Below, in pieces: positions 26,350-38,523 of a DNA stretch of 64,000 nt. The stretch lies in contig NC_081390.1 of assembly GCF_030684315.1 (NCBI RefSeq), positions 18,810,906 to 18,874,905 on the forward strand, given 5' to 3'. The position numbers and the translations under genes were made by a program. Within the stretch, counting starts at the first letter, position 1. Each line of letters begins with the position of its first letter. A model generated the notes under the pieces. That model saw only the letters and a list, made by a program, of their open reading frames with translations. It had not been told where the DNA came from and made no database searches. This stretch comes from Stegostoma tigrinum. Taxonomy: Eukaryota.

Positions 26350-26570
26350 ATCATTGTCTACCAGGCCGTAGGGCTGCTATCTCTCTCTCTCTCTATCTCA
26401 TTTGAGAGACATGACTGTTGTTGCCTTAACCCAAGGGTCCCTGCTGTTCAAACAGTGGGTGAGGTTGAGAAAGTAAGTCTTTCAGACAGTGCAAGAATTG
26501 AATCCATGTTTTTGGTGCCAATCTGCATCACCAACTAGTCATCCAACCAATTGAGCTAGCTGACCCCACA
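26350..26570 (-). mobile_element. tRNA-derived SINE (second family)
   Basis: Reverse complement resembles 29495-29650 (AGCTCAATTGGTTGGATG… A-box-like, GATTCAATTC B-box-like); further copies ~43640-43805 (-), ~59410-59580 (+). Confidence 0.55.
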
Positions 26571-28706
26571 CATTTATAGGCAGTGTGAACAAAAGTATGA
26601 AGTGCTGCAAATACTCAAAAGTCAGGCAGCATCTGTGGGAGAGAACCAGGGTTAATATTTCAAGTTGTCTCTTTAATAGAAGATCCTGGTCTTGAGTAGA
26701 ATGTTTGCCTTTAAGCCAGAAGGTCACAAGCACACCCTAGGGGCCAGAGTACAGCAACAAATCTCATTACATTTTCCAGTTTGGGGTGAAAACAGAAAAC
26801 AACATAGATATAGCCATTAATGTGCTGGAAAAAAATATATGCTTAATGTTTGTGCAGGATGTGGGTGAGGTAAGTATTTGTTGCTGTTTCTTTATTGTGT
26901 GTGACTGGGTGTTAGTGAGCCACTTCCCTGAACCATTGTAATTGACATGATGTAGGTAACCGCTCCCCCCCCCCCCCCCCCCCCCCGCCATTGTGTTATT
27001 AGGAAGGGAACTGGTGTTTTGATCCCACAATATTCATGGAATAGCAAATCAGGATGGTGTGGAGTTTGAATGGGACCATGTTGGTGTTCCCATGCATCTG
27101 CTGCTCTGGTCCTTCCAGATGGTACAAGTCATAGGATGGGAAAGTGCTGGTGACAGAGCTTTGGTGAATTGCTGCAAGTGCATTTATAGGTGGTACACCC
27201 CTGCCATTATTATACTTGAGTGAGTGAACGTTGAAAGTGGTAAATAATGCACTAGGCAAGTAGTCTTGTTTTGTCCTGGATGTTCTCGAATATTCTTGCA
27301 CTCAACCAGGTCAGAGGAGAATATTCCACCCCTCTCCTGACTTGTGCCTCGAGTTGGAGGATCTGACCTGAGTGGTGAAGCAAGAAAGTTTTCTCATTTC
27401 CCTTCTGAGAAAGCACTGGTAGCTCTGACCTATACAGCTTCCCACAAGAACACCAGGTAGAAGTGAGAAAGGTCAAAGGCGAGGTTGTTCCACGTGAGAA
27501 TGAGTTTAGCCAGGTGGAGGATGACAGAGACTGGATGATGAAGGCAAACAATAGGAACCAAGTAAAGCAGGTGGAACGTGGAAGTGGTGTTCAGTTCCAA
27601 TAGAAAGATGCTTCTTCACCAAACAAACAACTCCACCCTCGTCAACAGGTTTCATGACATAATTGTCAGTTTGGATCGATCTGACAGAATGGAATGCCCA
27701 CTTTTTGACGTATGTTAAAGTGCCAGCAATTATATATGCTGCAAGTGATTTCAAGCCTTTGTTGGGAGGCGTTGACACTTCTACACATTGAGACATGATT
27801 AAAAGAATGCCCTTGTTATTTTAAGCCTTACTCTGGGGTTAAATTTTTTTGTTAAGCAAATATTAAGAGAAATGAGCCAGAAGTGGGTATATGTAGTCCA
27901 GCCACATGATCTTACTGAGTGGTGGAACATGCGAGATGGGCTGAAAGGTCTACTCCTGTTCCTGTTTCCAGAAGTGGAGAGTTTGGAGCCCAGGCTGGGT
28001 TGTGAAACAAAATCTTGGGGTTCTCGACTCTGGGCCAATATGCAGCCTCAAGTAAGTTTTATAACAGCTGTATTCCTCTGGACCCCTATCCATGCCGCAC
28101 TTCTCCCCCCACCCCCCATACCAACTCTTTCATTTCACACTGAGGGCTCACAACAATGTTTAAACCTTAAAATTAGGTCACACGGAGAAAATGTTTGGGA
28201 AAACAGTGCCTTGTGAGATGCTGTGATCTTCATGTATGAACCCAGAACTCCTTTTGCCAGCAGAGCAGTGACAATATTTTGACAACTTCCTCCATTTGCT
28301 GGCTGCCTATTCTGCACTGCGTGGCTTCTCAGTGTAAGTAGGTGTCAGGTTACCTGGCAGAACCAAACCTTTTCCAAAGAAGCATTCTTGCATAAATTGG
28401 TCTCCAGGTGCTTGTATTGCTAGGCTGTAGATTATATCAACAAACCATCAACTCAACACAGCTGTGTCTATGTAAGTGGCAGTTGCTACATTTGCCACTA
28501 AATTTGCCATTATATTGTTTATCTCCACTTTTTCCTTCCTCAGAAAGTACTTTTGCTATTTTACACGCAGTGGCACTTGTTTGTCATCTTGCCCGTGATA
28601 TTAATGCGGTGTGCATATCATTTTATGGTACTGCTTAACCTAGAATTTATAAAATTTCTTGTACACCTCCTTGCGGAATATACCTTTGAGGTCTGGAGCT
28701 GTTTCT

Positions 28707-28997
28707 GTGGCTCAGTGGTTAGCACTTCTGCCTCACAGCGTCAAGGACCTGGGTTTGATTCCACCCTCTGGCGACTGTCTGTGCAAACTCTACACATTCT
28801 TCCCTTGTCTGCGTGGGTTTCCTCCCACAGTCCAAAGACGTGCAGGTTGGGTGGATTGGCCATGCTAAATTGCCTGTAGCGGTCAAGGATGTGTAGATTA
28901 GGTGGGTGAAAGGGGGATGGGCCTGGGTGGAATGCTCTGAGGGTCAGTGTGGACTTGTCGGGTCGAAGGGCCTGTTTCCACACTGTAGGGATTCAGT
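28707..28997 (+). mobile_element. HE1-like tRNA-derived SINE
   Basis: A-box TGGCTCAGTGG, B-box-like GGTTTGATTCC, core TGTCTGCGTGGGTTTCCTCC, tail GAAGGGCCTGTTTCCACACTGTAGGGATTC. Confidence 0.88.
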
Positions 28998-29494
28998 GAT
29001 TTATCCTGAGCAGCTATGTGACTCGGGGCTCTGTACTCCCATGGGTTGTCCACACTGAGACCAACTTTATCCGCTGATGAAGGATAACTTAAACTCAAAG
29101 AAAGACGATCTGTGTGAAACTTACCGGTCTTCCAGGAGAAAGATTTGTCCTTGACCGACTATTGCAGACTGGCACCTTCCAAGTTCCAGGACAGTCTCCT
29201 GAGGGATGCAGAAATGTTTGGGGGTGCAGAGACACATTGGAAAAGGATGCTGCCTAAAGTTTTTCAGCCTTTGAATTCCTAGGGATGGGAATCTTTCAGA
29301 CCTCTTGGGCTGGAAGCCTAACATTGAACGTACATTACAACTGTCAACAGTATTGAAATTATGTTGAGCGACCCCAGAGTGGAAGATGGAGTGTGGCAAA
29401 AAGTATATTTCTATTGCACGTTTTTAATTTCCAATTTGAAATGGTTCGCCTTTGGGCTGTATGCCTGAAGTGGCATATATACAGTGAATAGTTT

Positions 29495-29654
29495 GTTTAG
29501 CTCAGTTGACTGGATGGCTGCTTTGCAATGCAGAGTAATGCCAACAGCATGGGTTCAATTCCCCCATTGGCTGAGGTTACCATGAGAGAGTCTCCTCCTC
29601 AACCTCTCCCCTCCCCTGAGACGTGGTGACCTTCAGGTTATACGACCACTAGTC
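29495..29654 (+). mobile_element. tRNA-derived SINE (second family)
   Basis: TAGCTCAGTTGACTGG A-box-like and GGGTTCAATTCCC B-box; shared body CTCAACCTCTCCCCTC…GTGGTGACCTTCAGGTTA. Confidence 0.6.
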
Positions 29655-29790
29655 GTCGCTCTCTCTGTCGCTCTCTCTGTCGCTCTCTCTGTCGCTCTCT
29701 CTGTCGCTCTCTCTGTCGCTCTCTCTGTCGCTCTCTCTGTCGCTCTCTCTGTCGCTCTCTCTGTCGCTCTCTCTGTCGCTCTCTCTGTCG
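29655..29790. repeat. Perfect 12-bp minisatellite (GTCGCTCTCTCT)x11 plus partial unit
   Basis: Read directly; explains the RESD/RQRE ORFs. Confidence 0.97.
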
Positions 29791-29877
29791 GATTCTGGCA
29801 ACTGTACTTTTACAGTCATATCCTGGCACCCGAAAGAGGAAATGCTGTATGGAGACAAGTTGAACATTATTTATTCA

Positions 29878-29982
29878 AGTTCTAAGGAAGGGTCACCGGA
29901 CCTGAAATGTTAACTCTGATTTCTCTCCACAGATGCTGCCAGACCTGCTGTGCTTTTCCAGTCATTTCTATTTTTATTTCTG
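29878..29982 (+). mobile_element. Short PLE-like family C copy with decayed hammerhead core
   Basis: AGTTCTAAGGAAGGGTCACCGGACCTGAAATGTTAACTCTGATTTCTCTCCACAGATGCTGCCAGACCTGCTG. Confidence 0.7.
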
Positions 29983-30552
29983 AACATTAATTAACATTTG
30001 TAAATTTTCAAGAGAAAATGTTTGGTAATGAACTCTCACAAATGTTACACATTTCTTGAGATTATGTTGGCAGGAGAAAACGTTTTTTTAAAAATAAAAT
30101 GCACCTCACCTCAGGACAAGTGCTTTACTGCAAGTGATGTACTTTTGAAGTTTAGTCCCTCTGTTGTTTAGGAAATGCCGCAATTTCATGCAGCAAGTTC
30201 TCTCAAATGTGATATATTAATGGCATGTAATCAGATCTCTTTTTTTGCCTGTTTCTTGAGAAATAAACCTTCAGTGCTCTGGATCAGTTCAGAAATTTTT
30301 GCTTTGGTGGCTACAGCCAAACTCTCTTCCCTTTCCAAATTGCAGTGAGTTCTGTCAGTTTCCATGACATCATACATTGGTTCTATTTGGAGAGAAGTGT
30401 ATGATTTCAAAATAGAGGCTTGTGTGAATCAATTAATCCTTGCACTTTACCTCCTTCCTATCCACCACACTCAACCTTTTGGCATTGTTATGCAGTGCCA
30501 ACTTGCAATTATGAAAGCTGGTTGCTTCAAGCTGAAACACATCTCTCTATGC

Positions 30553-30795
30553 TGAGATAATGGGAACTGCAGATGCTGGAGAATTCCAAGATAATAAAAT
30601 GTGAGGCTGGATGAACACAGCAGGCCAAGCAGCATCTCAGGAGCACAAAAGCTGACGTTTCGGGCCTAGACCCTTCATCAGAGAGGGGGATGGGGAGAGG
30701 GAACTGGAATAAATAGGGAGAGAGGGGGAGGCGGACCGAAGATGGAGAGAAAAGAAGATAGTTGGAGAGAGGGTAGGGAGGGGGGTAGGGAGATG
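30553..30795 (-). mobile_element. PLE family A 3'-end fragment with intact hammerhead motif (30654-30681)
   Basis: Near-identical to 21616-21860; minus strand reads CTGATGAAGGGTCTAGGCCCGAAACGTC. Confidence 0.88.
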
Positions 30796-30814
30796 CTACT
30801 ATTTTTTTAAAAAT

Positions 30815-30975
30815 CGCAAAATGCTGTGATCGTTGGAAATATGAAATAAAAACAGAAAATATTGGAGCAACCACAGCAGATCTGACAGCATCTATGGAGA
30901 GAGAAAGTGTTAATGTTTTAAGTCTAATCACAGCTCTGAAGAACAGAGTGTTGGAGAAATCCAGAGGATCTGGCA

Positions 30976-31008
<33 letters not shown>

Positions 31009-31120
31009 TTCCATTCAACATGGCTGTTTTTCAGTACCACTACTGGACTCAAAACATCTTTCTATCTCTCTCCATAGATGCCTTCAGATTTGCTGAGTTT
31101 CTCCAGCATGTTCTGCTTTT
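30815..31120. mobile_element. Cluster of decayed family C-like fragments in both orientations with a (GA)n tract at ~30981-31008
   Basis: Two GATCTG(A/G)CAGCATC…GAGAGAGA copies followed by the inverted CTCTCTCCATAGATGCC…GCTGAGTTTCTCCAGCA. Confidence 0.55.
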
Positions 31121-31425
31121 ACCTCTGTGCTACTAATTGGTGTCAAAGCTGACTCCCGGAAGCGATGCTTTGTTTTGACCTTGCATGGGGGTTTTTGGTG
31201 AGTGAGAAAGGGAGATAATGTCTTTTGTGGATTTCTTTCTGGTAGTATGACAGTGATCGAGACAACAGGACCCCTCAACTCTGACCTGTTAATCTTGCCT
31301 GACTCCTTCAATTCTGGCTAACAGCTGATTATTTTACCATTTGCAGAGAATGTTAACAATGGGCATTTATCTGAATTCTTGAAGCCTGTAGATTCATTGT
31401 GGAAAATAACAGGCCTGTTCCACAG

Positions 31426-32836
31426 ATAACAAAGTGTGGAGCTGGATGAACACAGCAGGCCAAGCAACATCTCAGGAGCACAAAAGCTGACATTTCGGGC
31501 CTAGACCCTTCATCAGAGAGGGGGATGGGGTGAGGGAACTGGAATAAATAGGGAGAGAGGGGGAGGCAGACTGAAGATGGAGAGAAAAGAAGATAGGTGG
31601 AGAGGAGAGTATAGGTGGGGATGTAGGGAGGGGATAGGTCAGTCCAGGGAAGATGGACGGGTCAAGGAGGCGGGATGCAGTTAGTAGGTAGGAAATGGAG
31701 ATGCAGCTAGAGGTGGGAGGAAGGGATAGGTGAGAGGAAGAACAGGTTAGGGAGGCGGGGACAGGCTGGGCTGGTTTTGGGATGCAGTGGGGGCAGGGGA
31801 TGAGCTGGGCTGGTTTTGCGTTGCATTGGGGGAAGGGGAGACTTTGAAGCTTGTGAAGTCCACATTGATACCATTGGGCTGCAGGGTTCCCAAGTGGAAT
31901 ATGAGTTGCTGTTCCTGCAACCTTTGGGTGGCATCATTGTGGCACTGCAGGAGGCCCATGATGGACATGTCATCTAAAGAATGGGAGGGGGAGTTGAAAT
32001 GGTTCGCAACTGGGAGTTGCAGTTGTTTATTGTGAACCGAGCGGAGGTGTTCTGCAAAGCGGTCCCCAAGCCTCTGCTTGGTTTGGTTTCCCCAATGTAG
32101 AGGAAGCCACAACGGGTACAGTGGATGCAGTATACCACATTGGCAGATGTGCAGGTGAACATCTGCTTAATATGGAAAGTCATCTTGGGGCCTGGGATAG
32201 GGGTGAGGGAGGAGGTGTGGGGGCAAGTGTAGCACTTCCTGCAGTCGCAGGGGAAGGTGCCGGGTGTGGTGGGGTTGGAGGGGAGTGTGGAGCGGACGAG
32301 GGAGTCGCGGAGAGAGTGGTCTCTCCGGAAGGCAGACAAGGGTGGGGATGGAAAAATGTCTTGGGTGGTGGGGTCGGATTGTAGATGGCAGAAGTGTCGG
32401 AGGATGATGCGTTGTATCTGGAGGTTGGTGGGGTGGTATGTAAGAACGAGGAGGAACCTCTTGGGGCGGTTGTGGCGGGGGCGGGGTGTGTGGGATGTGG
32501 TGCAGGAAATGCGGGTGATGCGGTCAAGGGCGTACTCGACCAATGTGGGGGGATAGTTTCGGCCCTTGAAGAACGTGGACATCTGGGATGTGCAGGAGTG
32601 GAATGCCTCATCCTGGGAGCAGATGCAGTGGAGGCAGAGGAATTGGGAATAGGGGATGGAATTTTTGCAGGAGGGTGGGTGGGAGGAGGTGTATTCTAGG
32701 TAGCTGTGGGAGTCGGTGGGCTTGAAATGGACATCAATTTCTAGCTGGTTACCTGAGATGGAGACTGAGAGGTCCAGGAAGGTGAGGGATGTGTTGGAGA
32801 TGGCCCAGGTGAACTTGAGGTTGGGGTGGATGAAAT
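31426..32836 (-). mobile_element. 5'-truncated Neptune-type PLE (RT thumb, Cys-rich linker, GIY-YIG endonuclease), frameshifted
   Basis: HPNLKFT…LTFLDL…FKPTDSHSYL…SSHP…IPYSQF; linker PGTFPCDCRKCYTC; FTCTSANVVYCIHCTRCGFLYIGETK then frameshift at a duplicated AAACC (~32080) to QRLGDRFAEH…VANHF…GIN. 15-bp TSD AGGCCTGTTCCACAG at 31411-31425 and 32837-32851. Confidence 0.93.
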
Positions 32837-35800
32837 AGGCCTGTTCCACAGTTGGGAAAAGAAAGGAAGGAGTAGGACGAAACTGATCGTACGTAATGTC
32901 ATTCACCAACTGAGACCATCCCAAAACAGTGTTTATTCCCAGCGCAGGAGCTAAGAGGACCTGCATTACAAATGGCCACTTTACTCCATACATTTGTGCA
33001 GTATGTTCAACCTGTGATCACACACCATTAGCATTAGACAGGCTTCAGCCTGACATGTACAAACTGCAAATTCTTGATGCCCTTTCAAAAAGTTGATGCA
33101 CTTTTAAACAGTTCAACCATAAGTTGCCTTCGCTGTATCTTAAGGTGATTATCTCTGAGAAGTTAAGACTTTAATGCCGATGATTTGCTGCTAAGTATAG
33201 TCTGACTGATTTCAGCATGATTTAAAAATAACCTTTTGCCAGAAAATTAAAAGGAAAGTGCTGAGATTGAGTTTATGCAGGGCTGAAAGGGCAGCCACTT
33301 AAGTGAGATCAGCGCTGACAGTGAAATAAATAAAGTCTGTGAAAACACAGGGAAAAGGATCAAGACCAAATCGAAACATGGTCACCACTTTTGAAAGCTA
33401 CTCACTCAACGGCTCCTCGCGAGTTTCCTTTCATTGCATTGGCCCTTATTTACGTATTATTTCTAATATGCAACGTATCACTGCTGGACACAAATTTAAA
33501 AGCCACACTGCAATGTTGCACAAATGTATAAGGTGTGACCTTAGCAGGTGGCCTTGTCACAATTACAGCCTAACTTTTCGGCCTCATCAGTGGACTTGAA
33601 AGATTCTACACGTTACTTTGAACAGAGTCAGGGAATTATCCCTGGTGACTTCAACGTTTACCGCCCAACACATTACCTTAAATCAGATTGTCTGGGTATT
33701 ATTTCTAGGTGTTTGTACGAGCTTGTTGTGCACAATTTAGCTAACATGCTCCCCATGTCCCAACGGGAACAATGCTTCACTTTATTGGCCCACATCCTGA
33801 AGTCATGAAGGACACTTCAGAACTTCAGGTCTGTCTTTTGCTGGTTGCGCAGATGTGGTACAGAGACAGTCTGAGAAATGATTAACAGCTAAGGAGAAGA
33901 AAACTGAAATGTTGCATTGTCTAGTTCTTTGCATGGATAGCTGTAGTCAGCGTGGAGTTTCCAATCATCCCTGTGCAACTTGGTTCACTTATTTTTAAAA
34001 AAAATTGAATATTTGGCCATTATTTTACTTTTGGCCATTAGTGAAGGTGGCAGAGCAAGAAACCTAGTGAGAGATGTGTGATTTTACAGAACTCTGGATC
34101 TCTCTGTTTCACTGTTTTGAGACAGAGCCAAGCACAACTGTTTCTTACAGCTGAGTCAGAATCACCTCTACGTCACCTCCCACCATGTTGGAGTGGATAG
34201 TTCAATTTGCTTATTTCCCCTTTCTATTCATTTAACCTACAGTGGTTTCTGGTCTACAATAGGTTTATTACATACATGTTCGAATTCCTCAATGGGCTCA
34301 CCTTGCGCAAAGCCTGTAACTTCCTCTAGTCTTAGCAAACACTATGCTTCTCTCACTGGCTTGTACATGTTTCCCCTTCCTTCGCCCCATCGTTGGTGCC
34401 TATGCCTTTAGATATCCTGGCGCTGAACTCTGGAATTTCCTCCTTCAGCTTTTCTTTTTCACCATCTCCTTTTGGAGCCACGGCATCTTTGACTGAGCTT
34501 TGTCTTCTTTGTCTTCTTTTTAAAAAATGGTTTAATGCATTCCAACTATATTGCATGGCAAAGTGTCAACCTGAAAATTGTGTTCAATCAGATTATTTGT
34601 ACATTCGCTCTGCTAGTTTCTTTTTTAAATCCAGTAAGCACAATTTTATTGCATATTTCTGAAGAAAGACAACTGTGAGGGTTAAATAGCCAGGGGTGGT
34701 TCTAGCTGAGATGCTGTTGTAGGGACTTAGTTAGAGACTTGATTAGCCAAATATGTTCCTTCTGTGCTGTCACCATTCTATGAAAGTTATTGGTCCTCTT
34801 AAGTAGTTTGTTAGAGGTTTATGCAGAGGTTTTGTGTTCTTTTGGCAGACGGATTTTGTGGTGGTAAAACTTGGATAATGCATGACCTCGCTGGCAAAAG
34901 TAAATGTCTGTAACATGAAGGGATCTCATTTTATGAATGGGTCTCCCGTGGAAGAGGTGGTAAAAGATTTGGGAGGAGTCGTTCATAGCAGGCTGAAAAT
35001 ATCATGCGAGAGAAAGACATTTGATTTACATGTTCAAACAAGGTGTGCAGATTAAAAGATTGGCCAATCCTGTCAACGCATTTTGTTACATTTTAAACCC
35101 ACACCGAAAAAAGACGTGTGTGTCAGCATGCTTTCCAAAGAGAAGACCAGGAAGGAACTAAACTCTAAAGCATGGTGCAATCAGCAATAAAGAATGGTCA
35201 ATTAAAGTAGTTTTTCTTAAAATACATAAGACTGAAATGAGAAAACTACTAAACCTGGACCAGAGGCTATGTGTATGATCTATGCAGACTTTAGATGATA
35301 AATGTTAAAGTGCCTTTTATTTCAGTCATTTAGTTAAGACTGAGATGGCAGTTGATCCACGCCCTCCCTTTTTTAGAAAGGAAGCTGGATTGATAGGATG
35401 TGAGGAATTCCAATGGATTTGTTAGTTGAATGGAATGCCCTGCAAGGGTTGTGTTTAGTTAAAGAGACTTCTTTTCATGGGTAGACCTGCCACATCCTGA
35501 GAGGTCATGCCTGGTCTGAGGTAGATTTTCCACCTTGGGACAAATTGAGAAAGTTCCACCTAAGTTTTGCCATATTGATTTTGATTTTAACTTTTTCAGT
35601 TAAAAATTATCTGTGTAACTACACATGTAAAATCTTCCGCAAGGCAAGGCAATTGGACAACTAGATAGAATTGGTTCCTTTTGCTTCCTTTGTGTTAACA
35701 AGTACACCCTGATGTCGTGGACGGGATTAATTGCTGTATATACGGGTGTGGATTTGGGGAAAAATAAACTGAGCTGTGAAAGGAGGTGTAAGGCTGGGCT

Positions 35801-36239
35801 GTCGGCAATCAAAAGCTGGTGGTTCCCCACTGCTTGGCAGCGCCATTGAGGGGAAGGTGGCAGCTACTGGTATTACACCCACCCAAGGCCCAGGATGTGT
35901 TGACCATTAAGACAGGTGTGAGTGACCAATGGCAGAACGTGGGTCTTGGGGGAGAGGTACTAGCTTCATGAGCAGTGAGGTGGCTCTCAGTGGGCTGTCC
36001 CCTTCCGGACACTGGGTCTCTGTCAAGCACTCCGTGCCTGCTCAAAAGACGTTCCATTTCCACGCTCCCTCCTCCACAACCTCATTAAATTTTCCATCAA
36101 ACCTGCTTTGGGGTGAAGGCAGTAAATTCTCCCCCTTGGAACAGGACATGAATCTTGAGTATCTGAGGCAAAAGTGCTCCTGAACCATGATTGACACAAA
36201 CCATGCAACTCAGTTTCTTTGTAAATTTAAGTTTTTTTT

Positions 36240-36474
36240 TGTACTGATGGGAATGAGGCCAGCCAGATGAACCTCCATAGAATGAGTTCTCAGATTGGGG
36301 CTGGTAATCTGGTCGAATTCGGGAGCTCCGGCTGACAGATATAAACAGGAGTGTTAGGGGCTCTGCTCACTCTCGGAGCTGGCTCTGAGCCTGCTGGGTC
36401 AGTGTCATGTGCTATGTCTGTATAAATGAAGGCTGACTCAGTAAAGGGATACCAGTTTTCGTGGAGTTATTTTA
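36240..36474 (+). mobile_element. Solo LTR, copy 2
   Basis: TGTACTGATGGG…GCTGACAGATATAAACAG…GGAGCTGGCTCTGAG…GGGATACCAG…GGAGTTATTTTA, colinear with 50486-50721. Confidence 0.7.
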
Positions 36475-37164
36475 CTTTTGTTAACGAAAAACGGTAGAGG
36501 TTGTAAAGAGGTTGGGATGATTATAGATAATAGACTGAAAACATTGCATGAGAGAGGCATTTGATGGCGTGGGTTCCAGTAGCGTGTTTAAAAAAAAGTA
36601 CGGTTTGAAGAGCCTGCCTGATCGCAGTGCAGAAGATGGGCCTTGCATTGTTAACCTGAGGGCCTGGATTGTTTTGTGGGAGGCAGGGTTTTAGCTGAAT
36701 TGAATAAGCAGGTTTGGTGAGCAACCCACGCTTGCTTTGAAACTGAATGTATGTGTTAATTTGTTGCCCCATTTTCTGGCTTTAATAAGCAACTGTCAGT
36801 TTTGTTCTTTTAAATATATTGTTGCACAATGCAGTCAGTAAAGTGAATTGGCACACTTCTCTCTGAACATTTCACCAATTTGTTGTTGCTGTTTTGTTGT
36901 CTCTGCTCTCCTTATGTTTAGAAGATGTTTTGCAAAGCTGTGTTGTTTGCTTATAACTCTCACTTCACTTTCAGAAGATTCTTAAATGCATCCTGTGCTC
37001 CCAGTCTGTTTCTACCCCACCATCACGACCTTCCCATGCCGCCGCCCACCCCCACCACGAGCTTTCATGTCCAATCCCTTAGGAAACTGATCCTCGATAA
37101 GGCAAGTTGTGTAACTGCCCACTGTCGCTGCAGTTTTCCCATAATCAAGCTGGCTCAGCTTCTG

Positions 37165-37260
37165 AGAGAACAAAGTGTGGGGCTGGATGAATACATCAGG
37201 CCAAGCAGCATCTTAGGAGCACAAAAGCTGACGTTTCAGGCCTAGACCCTTCATCAGAAA
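37165..37260 (-). mobile_element. PLE family A 3'-end fragment
   Basis: ACAAAGTGTGGGGCTGGATGAA…GCTGACGTTTCAGGCCTAGACCCTTCATCAGA. Confidence 0.75.
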
Positions 37261-37547
37261 CTGAGATTACACATCATAGAATCCCTCTAGTGTGGAAACA
37301 GGCCATTTGGCCCATACTTAGCTCTACGGCTATCCTGATGACAAATGCTATTTTCAACTCAACAGTGACAAAATAGCTGGAAGGTTAGTTTTCAGACATT
37401 TCGTCACCATTCTAGGTAACATGATCAGTGAGCCTTCGACAAAGCGCTGGTGTTATGTCCCGCTTTCTATTTATCTGGTTAGGTTTCCTTGGGTTGGTGA
37501 TGTCATTTCCTGTTCTTTCTCAGGGGATGGTAAATTGGCTCCAAATC

Positions 37548-38408
37548 AAACTGCCATTCCTAGATGTCACAGTAGAGCGAACAGCCAATGGGGAACTTCA
37601 AACCAGCGTCTACAGGAAAACAACACATACGGACCAAATACTGAACTACAGGAGCAACCATCCCAACACCCACAAGCGAACCTGCATTAGAACATTATTC
37701 CAACGAGCCACTGCACACTGCAGCACAGAGGAACTACGCAGAGCAGAAGAAAATCACCTATACAGCGTATTCATAAAGAATGGGTACCCTATGAACACAG
37801 TCTGCCGATTCCTCAGCAAGAAACCCAAACAAACAGACAAAATGGGCTCAGAAACCATAACCACGCTCGCCTACATCAAAGACACTTCTGAAATGACTGC
37901 CAGACTACTCGGACCTCTTGGCATCAGGGTAGCCCACAAACCCACCAACACACTGAAACAGCAGCTAATGAACTTCAAAGACCCTATGCAGACAACAAAC
38001 AAAACGAACATCATCTACAAAATACCTTGCAAGAACTGTGGCAAACACTACATTGGACAAACAGGCAGAAAGCTAGCCACCAGGATACATGAACATCAAC
38101 TAGCCACAAAACGACAAGACCCACTATCACTCGAATCCTTACATACAGATGAGGAAGGACACCACTTTGATTGGGACAACACATCCATCCTAGGACAAGC
38201 CAAACAGAGACACGCACGAGAATTCCTAGAAGCATGGCATTCCAACCGGAACTCCATCAACAAACACATTGATATGGAGCCAATCTACCATCCCCTGAGA
38301 AAAAGAACAGGAAATGACATCACCAACCCAAGGAAAGCTAACCAGATAAATAGAAAGCAGGACATAACACCAGCGCTTCGTCGGAGGCTCACTGATGATG
38401 TTACCTAG
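37548..38408 (+). pseudogene. Open but 5'-truncated PLE RT-thumb plus GIY-YIG endonuclease reading frame
   Basis: KLPFLDVTV…SVYRKTTHTDQILNYRSNHP…NGYP…NIIYKIPCKNCGKHYIGQTGRKLATRIHEH…REFLEAWH…SIN; lacks the Neptune Cys linker. Confidence 0.9.
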
Positions 38409-38428
38409 AATGGTGACGAAACATCTGA
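38389..38428 (+). ncRNA. Minimal type I hammerhead ribozyme motif (family B)
   Basis: TCA-CTGATGA-T-GTTACC-TAGAAT-GGTGAC-GAAA-CA-TC-TGA: 3-bp helix I, 6-bp helix II; the inverted copy reads GAAATGTC, implying ancestral GAAACGTC. Confidence 0.6.
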
Positions 38429-38523
38429 AAACTAATCTTCCAGCTCAGCGAGCAAACTCACATCCAGAACCTCAACCTGAGCTAAAATCTTCTCAAAACT
38501 CACTAGTAACAAAATACTTAAGA

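Larger units (their letters stand above)
37376..38500 (+). mobile_element. 5'-truncated Penelope/Poseidon-type PLE (family B) with an inverted copy of its 3' end at the 5' side
   Basis: 37376-37549 is the reverse complement of 38269-38444; the sense part starts at ~37548; imperfect flanking repeat 37356-37375 / 38497-38516 (17 of 20 match). Confidence 0.9.

Noticed and set aside
29638-29867. RQRE/RESD repeat ORFs; CRISPR-like appearance
   Set aside because: Pure tandem repeat without spacers; no cas genes; eukaryotic context.
37428-37547. Hydrophobic signal-peptide-like N-terminus fused to the GIY-YIG ORF (possible domestication)
   Set aside because: It is the antisense of the element's own 3' end, starts at a non-ATG codon in the track, and has no promoter or splice evidence.
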